This document shows positions 1 to 9,259 of a stretch of 30,127 nt of DNA, piece after piece. The position numbers and the translations under genes are program-made. The stretch lies in IMG/VR virus record IMGVR_UViG_3300011334_000333, positions 1 through 30,127 of that record; one strand, given 5' to 3'. Origin of the DNA: a virus (taxonomy: Duplodnaviria; Caudoviricetes). The notes under the pieces are model-generated. The model had not been told where the DNA came from. It ran no database searches and saw only the letters and a program-made list of their open reading frames with translations. Every line of letters begins with the position of its first letter. Position 1 is the first letter of the stretch.

Positions 1-487
1 CACCAATACCTGAAGCTAATAACGCACCTTTAATCCCTTTGAAAGTATCACTAATAACCGCACCCAATTGTTTGAACGAATCCTTAGCTTCCATTAATCC
101 TTGCAACCCTTGAGAAAGTGCCATTGCGGATTGTACTTTCAGAATCATTTTTTCAACGTCTTGACTTTCTACTCCGATTAATCCTAGAGTACCTTGAAAA
201 GCTGAAAATCCATCCATTGCACCGCCAATGGAACGAGTTAAAGAATTGAACTTAGCATCAGGATTAAAGGAATCCGTTAAATCTTTAGCATCGGAAATCG
301 CATCTTTTAACTCCGAAGCTCTTTTAGCTGCCTTAACCGCTTCGGCTGAAGTTGCGCCAAACTTTTCAGCTAATTGGTTAACCTCGTTTTGTGCTTCCCT
401 TAATTGCGCTTTTAAGGATTTCGTTTGCTGTTCTACTTGGTCGAAACCTGTTGTTTCTAGTTCTAATTGGACTACTTTCTTTTCCAT
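1..487 (-). CDS. Tape-measure-like protein, N-terminal part (runs off the window start)
   Basis: Not in ORF track. ATG at 487, open to position 2: MERKVVQLELETTGFDQVEQQTKSLKAQLREAQNEVNQLAEKFGATSAEAVKAAKRASELKDAI...KVQSAMALSQGLQGL...GIKGALLASGIG. Helical, Ala/Gly/Leu-rich, follows tail genes. Confidence 0.8.
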   Translation of the reverse strand, partial: MEKKVVQLELETTGFDQVEQQTKSLKAQLREAQNEVNQLAEKFGATSAEAVKAAKRASELKDAISDAKDLTDSFNPDAKFNSLTRSIGGAMDGFSAFQGTLGLIGVESQDVEKMILKVQSAMALSQGLQGLMEAKDSFKQLGAVISDTFKGIKGALLASGIG

Positions 488-624
488 GATAATTGCCTTT
501 TAATCTTTTTGATTGAATCCTTTGTGCTTTTAGGAATTTCATTTATCCCTTTTGCAATGTCTATATTTTCACTACAACCGTAAAACTCCGATTGTCTTAA
601 TAAGTCAATAATATTTTTTATCAT
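472..624 (-). CDS. Small 50-aa hypothetical protein in the tail module
   Basis: Manual translation MIKNIIDLLRQSEFYGCSENIDIAKGINEIPKSTKDSIKKIKRQLSWKEK*. ATGA overlap with the upstream stop (621-624); fills the gap exactly. Confidence 0.75.
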   Translation of the reverse strand: MIKNIIDLLRQSEFYGCSENIDIAKGINEIPKSTKDSIKKIKRQLSWKRK

Positions 625-2879
625 GGTTCGTAAATTATTAAAGTTGCATCTTGTTTTGTGCCGTTTGTTAATATTGATTCTATTGCTATTTCAATAATAC
701 TTGCAGTCGATTTATCTGTACTAATCGTTACTATTCCTTGAGTGGTTAATTTTAAAGGATGCGCATAGTCGTTTCCATTAATAGTAATATCTCTATCAGT
801 CCAACTTAAATTTACTTCTTTAACTCCGTTTGCAAATTGAATCGGTTGCTTAATTACTGGCTGTTTAATTACTGGCTTTGGTGCTTTGATATTGATAGGT
901 CTAAAATCATTTAACAATACAAAATCCACTTCGGTATTTGATAAATTTGTAGCCATCGAATTAATAATATATCGCTTACCTCTGATAACTAATCTATCGT
1001 TTAATCTTAATCCTATAATAACCCACAATGGTAGTTTAGTCTTTACGTATGTAATCCTATTCTTTTGTTGAAATAAGTTATTTAAATACGTGAAATAATA
1101 AACCATGAAATTTGAGTTCGGCACTGTTGTATTCAGCAAACTAGAAATATCGTTCCCAAAGTTCAAAGAATAGTTAATGCCGTTATTTTTCAAGTCTTGC
1201 CCGAATGGTAAATAAGTTGTTTTTGTAACGTGTCCATCGCCTAAATGAAATTTAAAAGGACTGCATGTAACTTGATCGTATAAATATAAAATAGTCGGTT
1301 TTGGAATGTATGGTTTATAATCAGGAAATTTAGTTAAAGCATAACCTACCTGAATATTGGTTGTTTCAAACTGTTGAAATAAGATATTTTCAAAAGGTAG
1401 CTTAATTGTCAATTCATCTCCATCGTATGGAAAAACATAATCTAAACTTCCGTATTCCCTAGCGAAATTATCAGCGAAAACTCTATTCATAAATGATTCG
1501 CTTTTTTCGTGTTCAAAGGAAATTTTTTTATAAAGTTTTACTCGTTCAATGTCGATGGAATTAATATCTGTAAATTCTGTAATGTCGTAAATGTCCCCAA
1601 GTGCATACCAATTCTCAAGCGGTTCGGCTTTCCAGGTGTTTGTGCCAGTTCCATAAATAACCATGTTAAACTCTTTCAGCACCCCAGCCACAAAGTCGTA
1701 AACTTTCATGTTTGGCATGTTTGAGCTTAAATCTACATTTCCAGTTAATGAAGTTGTAAAAGAATAACCATACCAAGTGTTATCTGTTGTAATCCAAGTT
1801 CCTGAAAAGTCATCGTAACTAGATGAAGCACGTCTATAAGCAACATCTAAATCTATATTCATAGAAATATCCGCATAAACTTTAAAGGTTACATATTGAA
1901 CAAAACCTAATATTTGAGTTGGCTGTAGTGAAACAACATTATTAAAAGTTGTGTTTCCTTGTCCTTGTAAAGTTGTGCTTAAAGTTCCATTTATAAATAC
2001 TAAAACATAAAAAGGCAAAGTAGTTACGGTTGGCGTTACTATAACATCGATTGAGTTTTCAATTATAACGTCTGTGTTATCTATTGAAACCATCTTTACA
2101 TCTGAAATACCAAAGAAACTAGGATTTGTATTAGTTTGAAAATCTATATTTTTTGTCGAAGTTCTAAAAGAAAATACATCTTTATTTTTTAGGTATAAAT
2201 AAGCGTTGTAAAAGTTCTTTGTTTGTGCAAATAACGAATCTATCGTAATATCAAAATAAGTTTGTATCTGTTCAAATATTGAGCTTATACGCAAAGCTGG
2301 GAATAACTCCGTTGTGTTTATTGCACCTGAATTATGGTCGATGTTATTTGTATTGTCTGGTCCGTTATAATCCCAAACTCTACTTGAAGTAATCAAAGGA
2401 TAACGTACATCGTACGCGGTGTTATCTACCGTCCTAGCAATTACGTTTGTTTGATTATAAACGTGTGTGTATGCCGTATAATCTAATTCAGAAAGTTTTA
2501 CTTCGCCTAGAATATCTTTAAGCGAAACCAAATCGCCATAAAAACATATTTGATAATTCTGAACTTGACCGTTTATGATTGTCGCTTTCTCAAGCTGAAT
2601 TTTACCAGTTTTAAAAGGTACTAAATCAATTTCAATACTTGCCTTTCTGCGAATGTTATAATTTAATTGAATGCCATTAAAATAGTCAACATCGTTGTTA
2701 TAAAAGTGATTCATAATTTGATTATTATGTTCACTCGCTGGAATAGTAAAAGACTGCGTGAAATCCGTTTTTGTACTATCAATGCTGAAAACGTCTTGAA
2801 TACTTGATTGAACTTTTATCTGTTCGTCTTCAAATAATTCAAGCCTTTGCCCCTCAATATAAATTTGCGACTTTCTCAT
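621..2879 (-). CDS. Large tail tip / baseplate-hub-like structural protein (752 aa)
   Basis: N-terminus 'IYIEGQRLELFEDEQI...FTQSFTIPAS..NNQI' resembles siphovirus tail-tip proteins of Bacteroidota phages; beta-rich; located in the tail module. Confidence 0.6.
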   Translation of the reverse strand: MRKSQIYIEGQRLELFEDEQIKVQSSIQDVFSIDSTKTDFTQSFTIPASEHNNQIMNHFYNNDVDYFNGIQLNYNIRRKASIEIDLVPFKTGKIQLEKATIINGQVQNYQICFYGDLVSLKDILGEVKLSELDYTAYTHVYNQTNVIARTVDNTAYDVRYPLITSSRVWDYNGPDNTNNIDHNSGAINTTELFPALRISSIFEQIQTYFDITIDSLFAQTKNFYNAYLYLKNKDVFSFRTSTKNIDFQTNTNPSFFGISDVKMVSIDNTDVIIENSIDVIVTPTVTTLPFYVLVFINGTLSTTLQGQGNTTFNNVVSLQPTQILGFVQYVTFKVYADISMNIDLDVAYRRASSSYDDFSGTWITTDNTWYGYSFTTSLTGNVDLSSNMPNMKVYDFVAGVLKEFNMVIYGTGTNTWKAEPLENWYALGDIYDITEFTDINSIDIERVKLYKKISFEHEKSESFMNRVFADNFAREYGSLDYVFPYDGDELTIKLPFENILFQQFETTNIQVGYALTKFPDYKPYIPKPTILYLYDQVTCSPFKFHLGDGHVTKTTYLPFGQDLKNNGINYSLNFGNDISSLLNTTVPNSNFMVYYFTYLNNLFQQKNRITYVKTKLPLWVIIGLRLNDRLVIRGKRYIINSMATNLSNTEVDFVLLNDFRPINIKAPKPVIKQPVIKQPIQFANGVKEVNLSWTDRDITINGNDYAHPLKLTTQGIVTISTDKSTASIIEIAIESILTNGTKQDATLIIYEP

Positions 2880-3946
2880 TAAATAACTGAATTAATTGTG
2901 TCGTATGCGTATTTAAACTCCACTTGATAATTGATAAGATTAATGTTTAAGCTATCCTGAATATCCAAAGTTTTAGTTAAACAAATTGCTGGACTACCAT
3001 TAACCAAAATTCTATTACTCAACATTAATTGCTTTAATACATCTGAATAACTAGCATCAACCCAACCGCTATTGGTTTTAATCCTATCGAATCCGTTACT
3101 GTTAAAAGTTTTCCTTTGCCCCTCTAAAATATCGTACTCTAACAAATCTGATTGTAATAAATTGTATTCAGTATTTGAAACTTCTAAACTTTGATAACTT
3201 GCTTTAAACATAAAAGTTCTTTGCCATGCTCCGTATTTATTTACAAAGTCGATTGTTATTGGATTATAGTAACACTCTTCTTGAGGTTTGAAAATGTATT
3301 GTACTAACCTACTTTCGGTTTCATCAAAGATTTCTAATACATTTCCCTCTGGAATATTCACATCAATAACGCAAGGAATGTCTTGAAAACCCGAATTTGT
3401 AAAAGTTCCAGTTGTTTCTGTTGAAGTAATTAAATTGGTATATTTATAACTCCAATCAACATCAGCCCACAATGTTAATTGCCCTACTTGCCTAAGTTGG
3501 TCTACAGCTGGATCATTAAAAATATTGAAAGGATAATAATAAGTTGTTTGGTCTAATAAAAAATAACCATTAAAAGGATTTTGTCCCTCCGAATAAAAAC
3601 CGTAACCGTCAAGTCCTAAATAAGATTTTGTATCTAATAAAGTTCCATCAGCATACCTTTTTACTTTTACGTTGCACCATTGCGAATCAACCGTATCTAT
3701 TGGATAAGTAGGATAAATGTTTTGTCTTATTGCATGGTCTATAAACTCACTTACATAAGGGGAAATATTGTACTGGCATAGAGAATTTGTGGGCGTTGGT
3801 ACTGCCTTTGAAAGTACATAAGTAGGATAAGCTGGTGCGCTTCCTGTACCGTTCCAAATGTAAAGATAGATTTCAGTTTGTGAGCTTCCCGCTTCTTCTA
3901 TCGAAACAATAAAAGGACTTCTTGCATTGATAATATTTGGTAACAT
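2879..3946 (-). CDS. Tail structural protein (distal-tail-like, 355 aa)
   Basis: 'INARSPF' start and 'FVNKYGAWQ...F...NSGWV' C-terminal region; translationally coupled to the 752-aa gene. Confidence 0.55.
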   Translation of the reverse strand: MLPNIINARSPFIVSIEEAGSSQTEIYLYIWNGTGSAPAYPTYVLSKAVPTPTNSLCQYNISPYVSEFIDHAIRQNIYPTYPIDTVDSQWCNVKVKRYADGTLLDTKSYLGLDGYGFYSEGQNPFNGYFLLDQTTYYYPFNIFNDPAVDQLRQVGQLTLWADVDWSYKYTNLITSTETTGTFTNSGFQDIPCVIDVNIPEGNVLEIFDETESRLVQYIFKPQEECYYNPITIDFVNKYGAWQRTFMFKASYQSLEVSNTEYNLLQSDLLEYDILEGQRKTFNSNGFDRIKTNSGWVDASYSDVLKQLMLSNRILVNGSPAICLTKTLDIQDSLNINLINYQVEFKYAYDTINSVI

Positions 3947-3947
3947 T

Positions 3948-4469
3948 TTATTTTAAATCTTTTAGTGAAAAACTCATAAATTTATCTAAGTCCAAACCGT
4001 ACTTTGTTATCAGTTGGTTTGGTAGTTTCTTGTAATATTTCTCAAATGGTTTTGTAAAAAACAAACTCGGTTTAATACCGTTGTAAAAAATCTTTTTAGC
4101 AATAGCGAATTTTAAACCTTGCCTTGAGATAAATTTTCCTTTCTCGTTTCTTGGTGCAATACCTTTTTTAACAATCCATTTATCTAGTACCCTTGTAGGC
4201 ATCATTTTGTTTGTGTACTTATACGGCGTGTTGTATTTCTTTTTAGTTCCTGAAACCCCTTTATCCTGATACATTCCGTATTCTTCCATCATAAAGTCAA
4301 ACTCAAAGGAATTTTTTGAAACCTTTACTTGGCCACGCAAAGATTTTGACAATTTACCAAACGTATCTTTACGCATAGTTTTAAGGTTGTTTCTGCTTTC
4401 CTTAATAACTGCGTTCTTGAACTTTTCTAGTTCTTTACGTACTTCAATTAACCTTTGACTTTCTTCCAT
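3948..4469 (-). CDS. Tail completion / neck protein (HK97 gp10-like)
   Basis: Basic 173-aa protein with 'TFGKLSKSL', 'YGMYQDKGV.G', 'GIKPSLFFTKPF', matching the gp10-like motif layout. Confidence 0.6.
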   Translation of the reverse strand: MEESQRLIEVRKELEKFKNAVIKESRNNLKTMRKDTFGKLSKSLRGQVKVSKNSFEFDFMMEEYGMYQDKGVSGTKKKYNTPYKYTNKMMPTRVLDKWIVKKGIAPRNEKGKFISRQGLKFAIAKKIFYNGIKPSLFFTKPFEKYYKKLPNQLITKYGLDLDKFMSFSLKDLK

Positions 4470-4711
4470 TGTGCTTGTTCTACTTTTGCTTTGTTATCTT
4501 CAAAATCTAACTTTGTCAAACATTTAAGAAGTTGTAAGTTCGTAATTTCGTCAAATCGTCTAACGTCTCCTTGAGCAAGTTTATCGATTGAGATATACCA
4601 TCCCCACTTACTGTTAAATTGTGTTTCAATGCTGAAGTCATCGTTTTGCTCTGTACCAGTTTGTCCAAATAAACTAGGGAATGCTTCAATAATTCGACTT
4701 CTAAATTCCAA
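4448..4711 (-). CDS. -1 frame extension of the tail assembly chaperone (gpT-like); probably not independently initiated
   Basis: Begins directly at the T9 run (4710-4718), in the -1 frame of ORF 4516..5202; only a TTG start; protein-like sequence FRSRIIEAFPSLF...KWGWY. Confidence 0.65.
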   Translation of the reverse strand: MEFRSRIIEAFPSLFGQTGTEQNDDFSIETQFNSKWGWYISIDKLAQGDVRRFDEITNLQLLKCLTKLDFEDNKAKVEQAQWKKVKG

Positions 4712-5202
4712 AAAAAAACCTTTGCACCTAGTACAACATTCAATGGTGCGCTTTTCATTACCTCTGCGTAAGTATTTGAACCTTGATAGGCTTCTACTTC
4801 GTAATAATCTTTTTTAGTCTTTACAATCGGTCTAAACATTACTGCCATTGCTTTATGTAAATCCTTATTATCTTTTAAATTATTTTCTAAGTCGATGTAT
4901 TCGCCAGTTGAAATAGTCTCCAAATTAGGAATAAAACCAAACTCCGTTTTACCTAGCGTAAAGCGATTGACAAATTTGTGCTTATCGGTATTAAATAGAT
5001 TAACCATATGCGAAACAATATCCGCAACATCTGTAAACTTCATAAATTGTACATTCTGCATCGGTATGTTGCAAAACAAACTAACTATCTTTTGTGATAA
5101 AAATTCTTCATCCGTATTATTCTCAGTTGCTTTTAAAAACTCCTGATATTGTGCTAAAGAAATTTCACTTAAATCACTTGGTAAATTAATTTCAATCTTC
5201 AT
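4516..5202 (-). CDS. Probable tail assembly chaperone (gpG-like, 228 aa)
   Basis: 'LSEISLAQYQEF', 'FGFIPNLETISTGEYIDLE'; contains slippery GTT TTT TTT TGG; first gene after a late promoter. Confidence 0.6.
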   Translation of the reverse strand: MKIEINLPSDLSEISLAQYQEFLKATENNTDEEFLSQKIVSLFCNIPMQNVQFMKFTDVADIVSHMVNLFNTDKHKFVNRFTLGKTEFGFIPNLETISTGEYIDLENNLKDNKDLHKAMAVMFRPIVKTKKDYYEVEAYQGSNTYAEVMKSAPLNVVLGAKVFFWNLEVELLKHSLVYLDKLVQSKTMTSALKHNLTVSGDGISQSINLLKETLDDLTKLRTYNFLNV

Positions 5203-5207
5203 ATTAA

Positions 5208-5233
5208 ATAGACTTTTAATTTTAAATTCTGTA
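5208..5233 (-). promoter_or_regulatory. Putative late promoter 1 (TACA-N14-AAGTCTAT)
   Basis: One of four identically spaced copies; 5 nt before ATG 5202. Confidence 0.75.
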
Positions 5234-5237
5234 TCCC

Positions 5238-6443
5238 TTAATAAACGTAAACCTTTGAACTAATACCACCGCTTAATTGATAGCTTACAGCGTATCTGCA
5301 ACTGTCTAAACAATGATTATACATATCTATTGGCGTTTTACTTTTACGCTCTAACCAGCAGTAATTGTTTAACTCCTTTATTAATTCAATGCTTTCTGGG
5401 TCAATTATCAATTCGTAATCTTGCATCAAAGAAATACCATAAATTACTGAGTCTGGTCCTTTCACTGCTCCAACTATATTAAGTTTAGTTTGTAGTTCTG
5501 CTATTAAACGTGGTTCTGCGCTATCTGCTACAATTAAACTGTTACTTGCATAACTTGTATTCAGTTGTAAAATATCGCTCGTTGTAAGGTGTGTTTTATA
5601 GTAGTGTAATTTGCAGTAAATTTTCTTGTTTGCTTTGTCGATTGACGTTTCTATTAATGTAGTCGGGTCATTACTGAATCCAAAATCTTGACCGAATACC
5701 GAAGTACCTACATTCTCAAATTTACCTATACTCCAATTCGTGAATATTACTCCCTCTGCTTTGTCTAGCCAACCGCCTAAAATTTGATGTTGGTATTTAA
5801 CCGGCTGCTTAATTTTCATTTGCTCTACCTCTTTTATAAAAGAATCTGGCAAGTGCTTGAGGTTATCTTGGTAGGTTGTATGTATGTAAGTAGTATCGTC
5901 AATCGTTCCGTTAAAACCCTCGTTTACGCCTTTGTCTTCAAAGAATTTTTTATAGATAAAATGTTCCTTAGTACTTGGATTTAAGATTAAGATAATGCGG
6001 TTTTGTTTCTTGTTGCTACGAATAGATAAATTTATTTTATCGAATGTGTTTTCATCTGTAAGCTCTTCCGCTTCGTCAACAATCCAGTCTGTAATCCCTT
6101 GCAAAGATTTTAAGTTTGCAGTTTGATCGCCTGAACTTGTTTTTATACCACGAAATAGAATCTCGCTACCTGAAAGTTTATTGTAAATTTCTGTTTTGTT
6201 AATTTGAAAGTCTTGTTCACGTTGCATCAACTCTATTTTTTCCTTAAACTCTGGAATGATTGATATGTGCGCACTAGTCATTGTGTGCCGTGTGAATAGA
6301 ATTTTTGTGTTTGCTTCGTATGAAAGTAAAGATGCAAATGTATTTAAAGCAAATGATTTTGAACTACCACGACCACCAGTTACAATGTAGTACCTGGCAG
6401 TCGAATTAAATAATGGTTTGTACTTATCATTTAGAACTATCAA
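5238..6443 (-). CDS. terL: Terminase large subunit (PBSX/Terminase_3-like)
   Basis: Walker A 'TGGRGSSKS', Walker B 'WIVDEAEE', 'LNP' motif III, nuclease 'GQDFGFSNDPT', 'ADSAEP', 'NHCLDSCRY'. Confidence 0.95.
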   Translation of the reverse strand: MIVLNDKYKPLFNSTARYYIVTGGRGSSKSFALNTFASLLSYEANTKILFTRHTMTSAHISIIPEFKEKIELMQREQDFQINKTEIYNKLSGSEILFRGIKTSSGDQTANLKSLQGITDWIVDEAEELTDENTFDKINLSIRSNKKQNRIILILNPSTKEHFIYKKFFEDKGVNEGFNGTIDDTTYIHTTYQDNLKHLPDSFIKEVEQMKIKQPVKYQHQILGGWLDKAEGVIFTNWSIGKFENVGTSVFGQDFGFSNDPTTLIETSIDKANKKIYCKLHYYKTHLTTSDILQLNTSYASNSLIVADSAEPRLIAELQTKLNIVGAVKGPDSVIYGISLMQDYELIIDPESIELIKELNNYCWLERKSKTPIDMYNHCLDSCRYAVSYQLSGGISSKVYVY

Positions 6444-6717
6444 AACTGAAAATATCTTTTAACTCAAAGTTGTTAATTGTGTGCGTTGTATCAATTGTTT
6501 CTTTTGGTTTACCACAACCGTACTCAATTAGAATTTTTGCACTTGCTATTCTATCTCTTGCGTTGCTTTCTTTACTTGTCATTATTTCAACAATAGTTCT
6601 AAACGCATTTTCTATGTGTGGACTTGCTAAGTCAACTCCTTTGAGTTCATCTTTTAGGCTTGGTCTTCCAGCTTTTCCAGCAGTTGAATGCCCACCATTA
6701 TTTGACCTCTTATCCAT
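6427..6717 (-). CDS. terS: Probable terminase small subunit
   Basis: 96 aa, overlaps the terL start; 'NNGG...AGRP' N-terminus and 'LIEYGCGKPKE' motif. Confidence 0.65.
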   Translation of the reverse strand: MDKRSNNGGHSTAGKAGRPSLKDELKGVDLASPHIENAFRTIVEIMTSKESNARDRIASAKILIEYGCGKPKETIDTTHTINNFELKDIFSFDSSK

Positions 6718-6745
6718 AATTAATATAAATTAATTAATTAAAGTG

Positions 6746-7111
6746 TTAATCTTTGTACTCGTTGTAAACTGTTTTAAGCTCATCAATTATTTTTACCCAG
6801 CATGAAGTACAATTAGTCGCCTCTTGTTTAGTATTGAATACTCGTTTGTAAATGCGTAACAATTCATTCTGTTCACTTGGTTTCAATGTTGTTACTGGCG
6901 TTTTAAAAAACTCGTGTAAATAGTTGTATTCGCTTTCCTCAATGCATAGCGGTTTTGCGTATGGAAACAAATTATTTAACTTTGCTTTTCGCTCCGTGCA
7001 TCCGCAGTCCTCGCCTAAAATAAACTTTGCTACTTTAGCTATTCCCGTTGCTTCTAATACATTTTCAACTGTATCGCCTAATCCTTGTGCTTTTTTTCTT
7101 GGTCTTCCCAT
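6746..7111 (-). CDS. Cys-rich conserved phage protein (121 aa)
   Basis: 'GLGDTVE..LEATGI...DCGCTERKAKLN' and 'CTSC'; possible metal binding; lies between sigma and terS. Confidence 0.7.
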   Translation of the reverse strand: MGRPRKKAQGLGDTVENVLEATGIAKVAKFILGEDCGCTERKAKLNNLFPYAKPLCIEESEYNYLHEFFKTPVTTLKPSEQNELLRIYKRVFNTKQEATNCTSCWVKIIDELKTVYNEYKD

Positions 7112-7113
7112 GA

Positions 7114-7617
7114 TTATTTCATTTCGTTATTAACTCGTTCAACTATTCTGTTCTTGCAGTTGGTTAGTGTGGTGTGAATACTCCTTACACTTATACCAGT
7201 TGCTTTGTGTATTTTCCTTATTGACTTTTCGTGAATCGTATAAACTTCATAAAGTTTCTGATCGTAAAAATCCCAACTTTGAATTTCGCTATCAATTATT
7301 TTATTCAGTTCATTTTTTTCAATATCGAAGTTTAAATCATTGTCGCTAAAATTTTCTAGTACTTCAACATCTACTTTTAAAACTTTACTTCTACTTTTTT
7401 TTAAGTCGTAAAATATATTGTGAAGTATTGAATAGACGTAAGGCGTGTTTAATTTGTCGTTCTTGAACCAAACATCTTTGTCTTTATTTGCGTGTACCTT
7501 TAGATACATTTCCTGAACTATGTCTTCATGAAAATCTAGTTCGCCAAAAGACTTAACAATCCTAATCCAATCGTTGTGTTTTTCTGAAACTATCTTTAAA
7601 AGTTCACTCAAAGTCAA
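7114..7617 (-). CDS. ECF-type sigma-70 family factor (probable late sigma)
   Basis: 167 aa; region-2-like 'HEDIVQEMYLKV...YVYSILHNIFYDLKK' and region-4 HTH 'SIRKIHKATGISVRSIHTTLTNCKNRI'; TTG start. Confidence 0.85.
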   Translation of the reverse strand: MTLSELLKIVSEKHNDWIRIVKSFGELDFHEDIVQEMYLKVHANKDKDVWFKNDKLNTPYVYSILHNIFYDLKKSRSKVLKVDVEVLENFSDNDLNFDIEKNELNKIIDSEIQSWDFYDQKLYEVYTIHEKSIRKIHKATGISVRSIHTTLTNCKNRIVERVNNEMK

Positions 7618-7628
7618 AAATATTTATT

Positions 7629-7636
7629 CAAATGTA
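7629..7636 (-). promoter_or_regulatory. Host-type -7 promoter element (TACATTTG) for sigma/terminase genes
   Basis: Matches the Bacteroidota TAnnTTTG consensus; intergenic and correctly oriented. Confidence 0.6.
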
Positions 7637-7647
7637 ACATTTATTTT

Positions 7648-7773
7648 TTACTCTGGCATCAAACCGCAGCATTTAGCAACTATTGCAAATAATACAACGA
7701 TTGCAACGCCGTAAATCATTCGCTCAAAGTTTTTACCTAGAGGTTCGTGTCTATTAAATTTTCTATTTGCCAT
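7648..7773 (-). CDS. 41-aa small membrane protein
   Basis: Manual translation MANRKFNRHEPLGKNFERMIYGVAIVVLFAIVAKCCGLMPE*; fills the gap; one hydrophobic segment. Confidence 0.6.
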   Translation of the reverse strand: MANRKFNRHEPLGKNFERMIYGVAIVVLFAIVAKCCGLMPE

Positions 7774-7954
7774 AAACCAATTCAATTAACTTGCGTAAAT
7801 CCCTCACATCTCTTATTCCGTAACATTGAAAGTCAAAAAGTTTAATTACTGTTTCATCTGTAAAAAATTCAATAGTAATTTCATTCAATTCGTACCTTTC
7901 AAATCGCTCGTTAAATTCAAAGTCTAAACTTTCTAATTGTGCTGTGCTAATCAT
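7763..7954 (-). CDS. Hypothetical protein (63 aa)
   Basis: ORF track; ATGA-coupled to the upstream gene. Confidence 0.7.
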   Translation of the reverse strand: MISTAQLESLDFEFNERFERYELNEITIEFFTDETVIKLFDFQCYGIRDVRDLRKLIELVYGK

Positions 7955-8151
7955 TGTACATCTCGATTAGATATTTTAAGCCAATAGTCATGACCCTGAA
8001 GTGTATCAATCCAATCAAAAGCAAATGAAATAAAAGCTCTAAAACTTTCTATTTCTGAATCCATGTAATCGTAAAAATCATCACAATTTGCTCTAAACTC
8101 CTTTTGCTCGTTCTCACTTAAAAAAGCAAACCAATAAATCCCTGTTTTCAT
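7951..8151 (-). CDS. Hypothetical protein (66 aa)
   Basis: ORF track; 'AFDWIDTLQGHDYWLKI' motif; coupled overlaps on both sides. Confidence 0.7.
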   Translation of the reverse strand: MKTGIYWFAFLSENEQKEFRANCDDFYDYMDSEIESFRAFISFAFDWIDTLQGHDYWLKISNRDVQ

Positions 8152-8369
8152 AATTGATTACAATTTTCGTTAAACCAAATTTCCGCTTGTTCCTGATTTC
8201 TAAACCTTGTCATGTGCGTACCGGACTTAATATCTCGGATTACAAACCAACCTTCTATAAATCGGATTTCGTACTTTGGCTTTCTTGAATCTAAATAAAT
8301 CAACCACGCAAAGAATAAGATTATAAAACAAATAAAAAATCCTAGTGCTTCATAGTTTGTGCTTTCCAT
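8148..8369 (-). CDS. Small protein with N-terminal transmembrane helix (73 aa)
   Basis: 'ALGFFICFIILFFAWLIYL' hydrophobic stretch. Confidence 0.7.
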   Translation of the reverse strand: MESTNYEALGFFICFIILFFAWLIYLDSRKPKYEIRFIEGWFVIRDIKSGTHMTRFRNQEQAEIWFNENCNQL

Positions 8370-8371
8370 AG

Positions 8372-8551
8372 TTAATCGTTTTTAGTTGAATGAATACCGT
8401 TTGACTTTCCTTTAAGTCTCGGTTCTAATTCTTGCAATGTCTTTGCAAACTTTTTTAACGCTGGAATGTGTTTTCTAGTTACCTTGACAGTTACATATTT
8501 CCCGTCAATTACTGCCCTACGTCCAGCGTTTCTCTCGTTGTTTTTAATCAT
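8372..8551 (-). CDS. 59-aa basic protein, possible ribbon-helix-helix-type DNA binder
   Basis: Manual translation MIKNNERNAGRRAVIDGKYVTVKVTRKHIPALKKFAKTLQELEPRLKGKSNGIHSTKND*; ATGA overlap at 8548-8551; 'NERNAGR' then strand and helix. Confidence 0.6.
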   Translation of the reverse strand: MIKNNERNAGRRAVIDGKYVTVKVTRKHIPALKKFAKTLQELEPRLKGKSNGIHSTKND

Positions 8552-8787
8552 AATTTTTCTATTTCTTGTTTAACTTCTATCCAATACTCAGTGGTTTCAA
8601 AATCATAATATTCTCCCTGAATATGTATTTTAGATTGTGTCGACACAATCAACTCGTTAACTGCAATTAAAGCACATTTTATAGCCGATTCTAAATTTGA
8701 TGATAATTCAGAGCCATCAACATAACTAACCCAACTATAACCTTTAAATTTATCAAATAACTCCTGTGCTTTTTCTTTTGGACTCAT
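8548..8787 (-). CDS. Hypothetical phage protein (79 aa)
   Basis: 'MSPKEKAQEL...AIKCALIAVNEL...YWIEVKQEIEKL', a pattern common in Bacteroidota phage accessory genes. Confidence 0.75.
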   Translation of the reverse strand: MSPKEKAQELFDKFKGYSWVSYVDGSELSSNLESAIKCALIAVNELIVSTQSKIHIQGEYYDFETTEYWIEVKQEIEKL

Positions 8788-8810
8788 AATCTTTTCCGTT
8801 TAAATATATG

Positions 8811-8840
8811 CAAATATAACACTATTATTTTAATAAACAA
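8811..8840 (-). promoter_or_regulatory. Early promoter TTG-N19-TATATTTG
   Basis: Matches Flavobacterium-type -33/-7 consensus and spacing; spacer carries TTTATTAAAAT. Confidence 0.75.
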
Positions 8841-8845
8841 CTATT

Positions 8846-9259
8846 TTATAAATATTCTTTAAATTTCTCTATCTCGCTGTCGATTGCAAACCTATTCAGC
8901 TTGTATTCATCGGCTGTCGGTATGTAACAACCTTGCATACTTGCAAACGTTCTAATCCACTCAATGAAATCTGTCATTTGCTTAGTGTCTAAATCTCGGG
9001 TGCGTTTTGTTTTAATGTTTTCCCCGTCGAAAGTATGCATAAATGGACATGAACGTTTTAATAGTTGTTTAGTGTCGTCTAAATTATTAGCTGTATGTAT
9101 AGCAAACATCGGAATAATAGCATGCAAATACGCATTTTGTGTTACTGTTCTTTTTTCTAGCTTTCTAGTTAGATCAACAACAAATCCTTTTTCAGCTAAA
9201 TAAATCGCTTGGGCTAAATACTTTTTCTTTTCAAGTTCGTTTGATGTGTCGTAAATCAT
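8846..9259 (-). CDS. NinB-like recombination protein
   Basis: 'KRTVTQNAYLH' and 'TRDLDTKQMTDFIEWIR' match the NinB/YbcN motif pattern. Confidence 0.7.
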   Translation of the reverse strand: MIYDTSNELEKKKYLAQAIYLAEKGFVVDLTRKLEKRTVTQNAYLHAIIPMFAIHTANNLDDTKQLLKRSCPFMHTFDGENIKTKRTRDLDTKQMTDFIEWIRTFASMQGCYIPTADEYKLNRFAIDSEIEKFKEYL

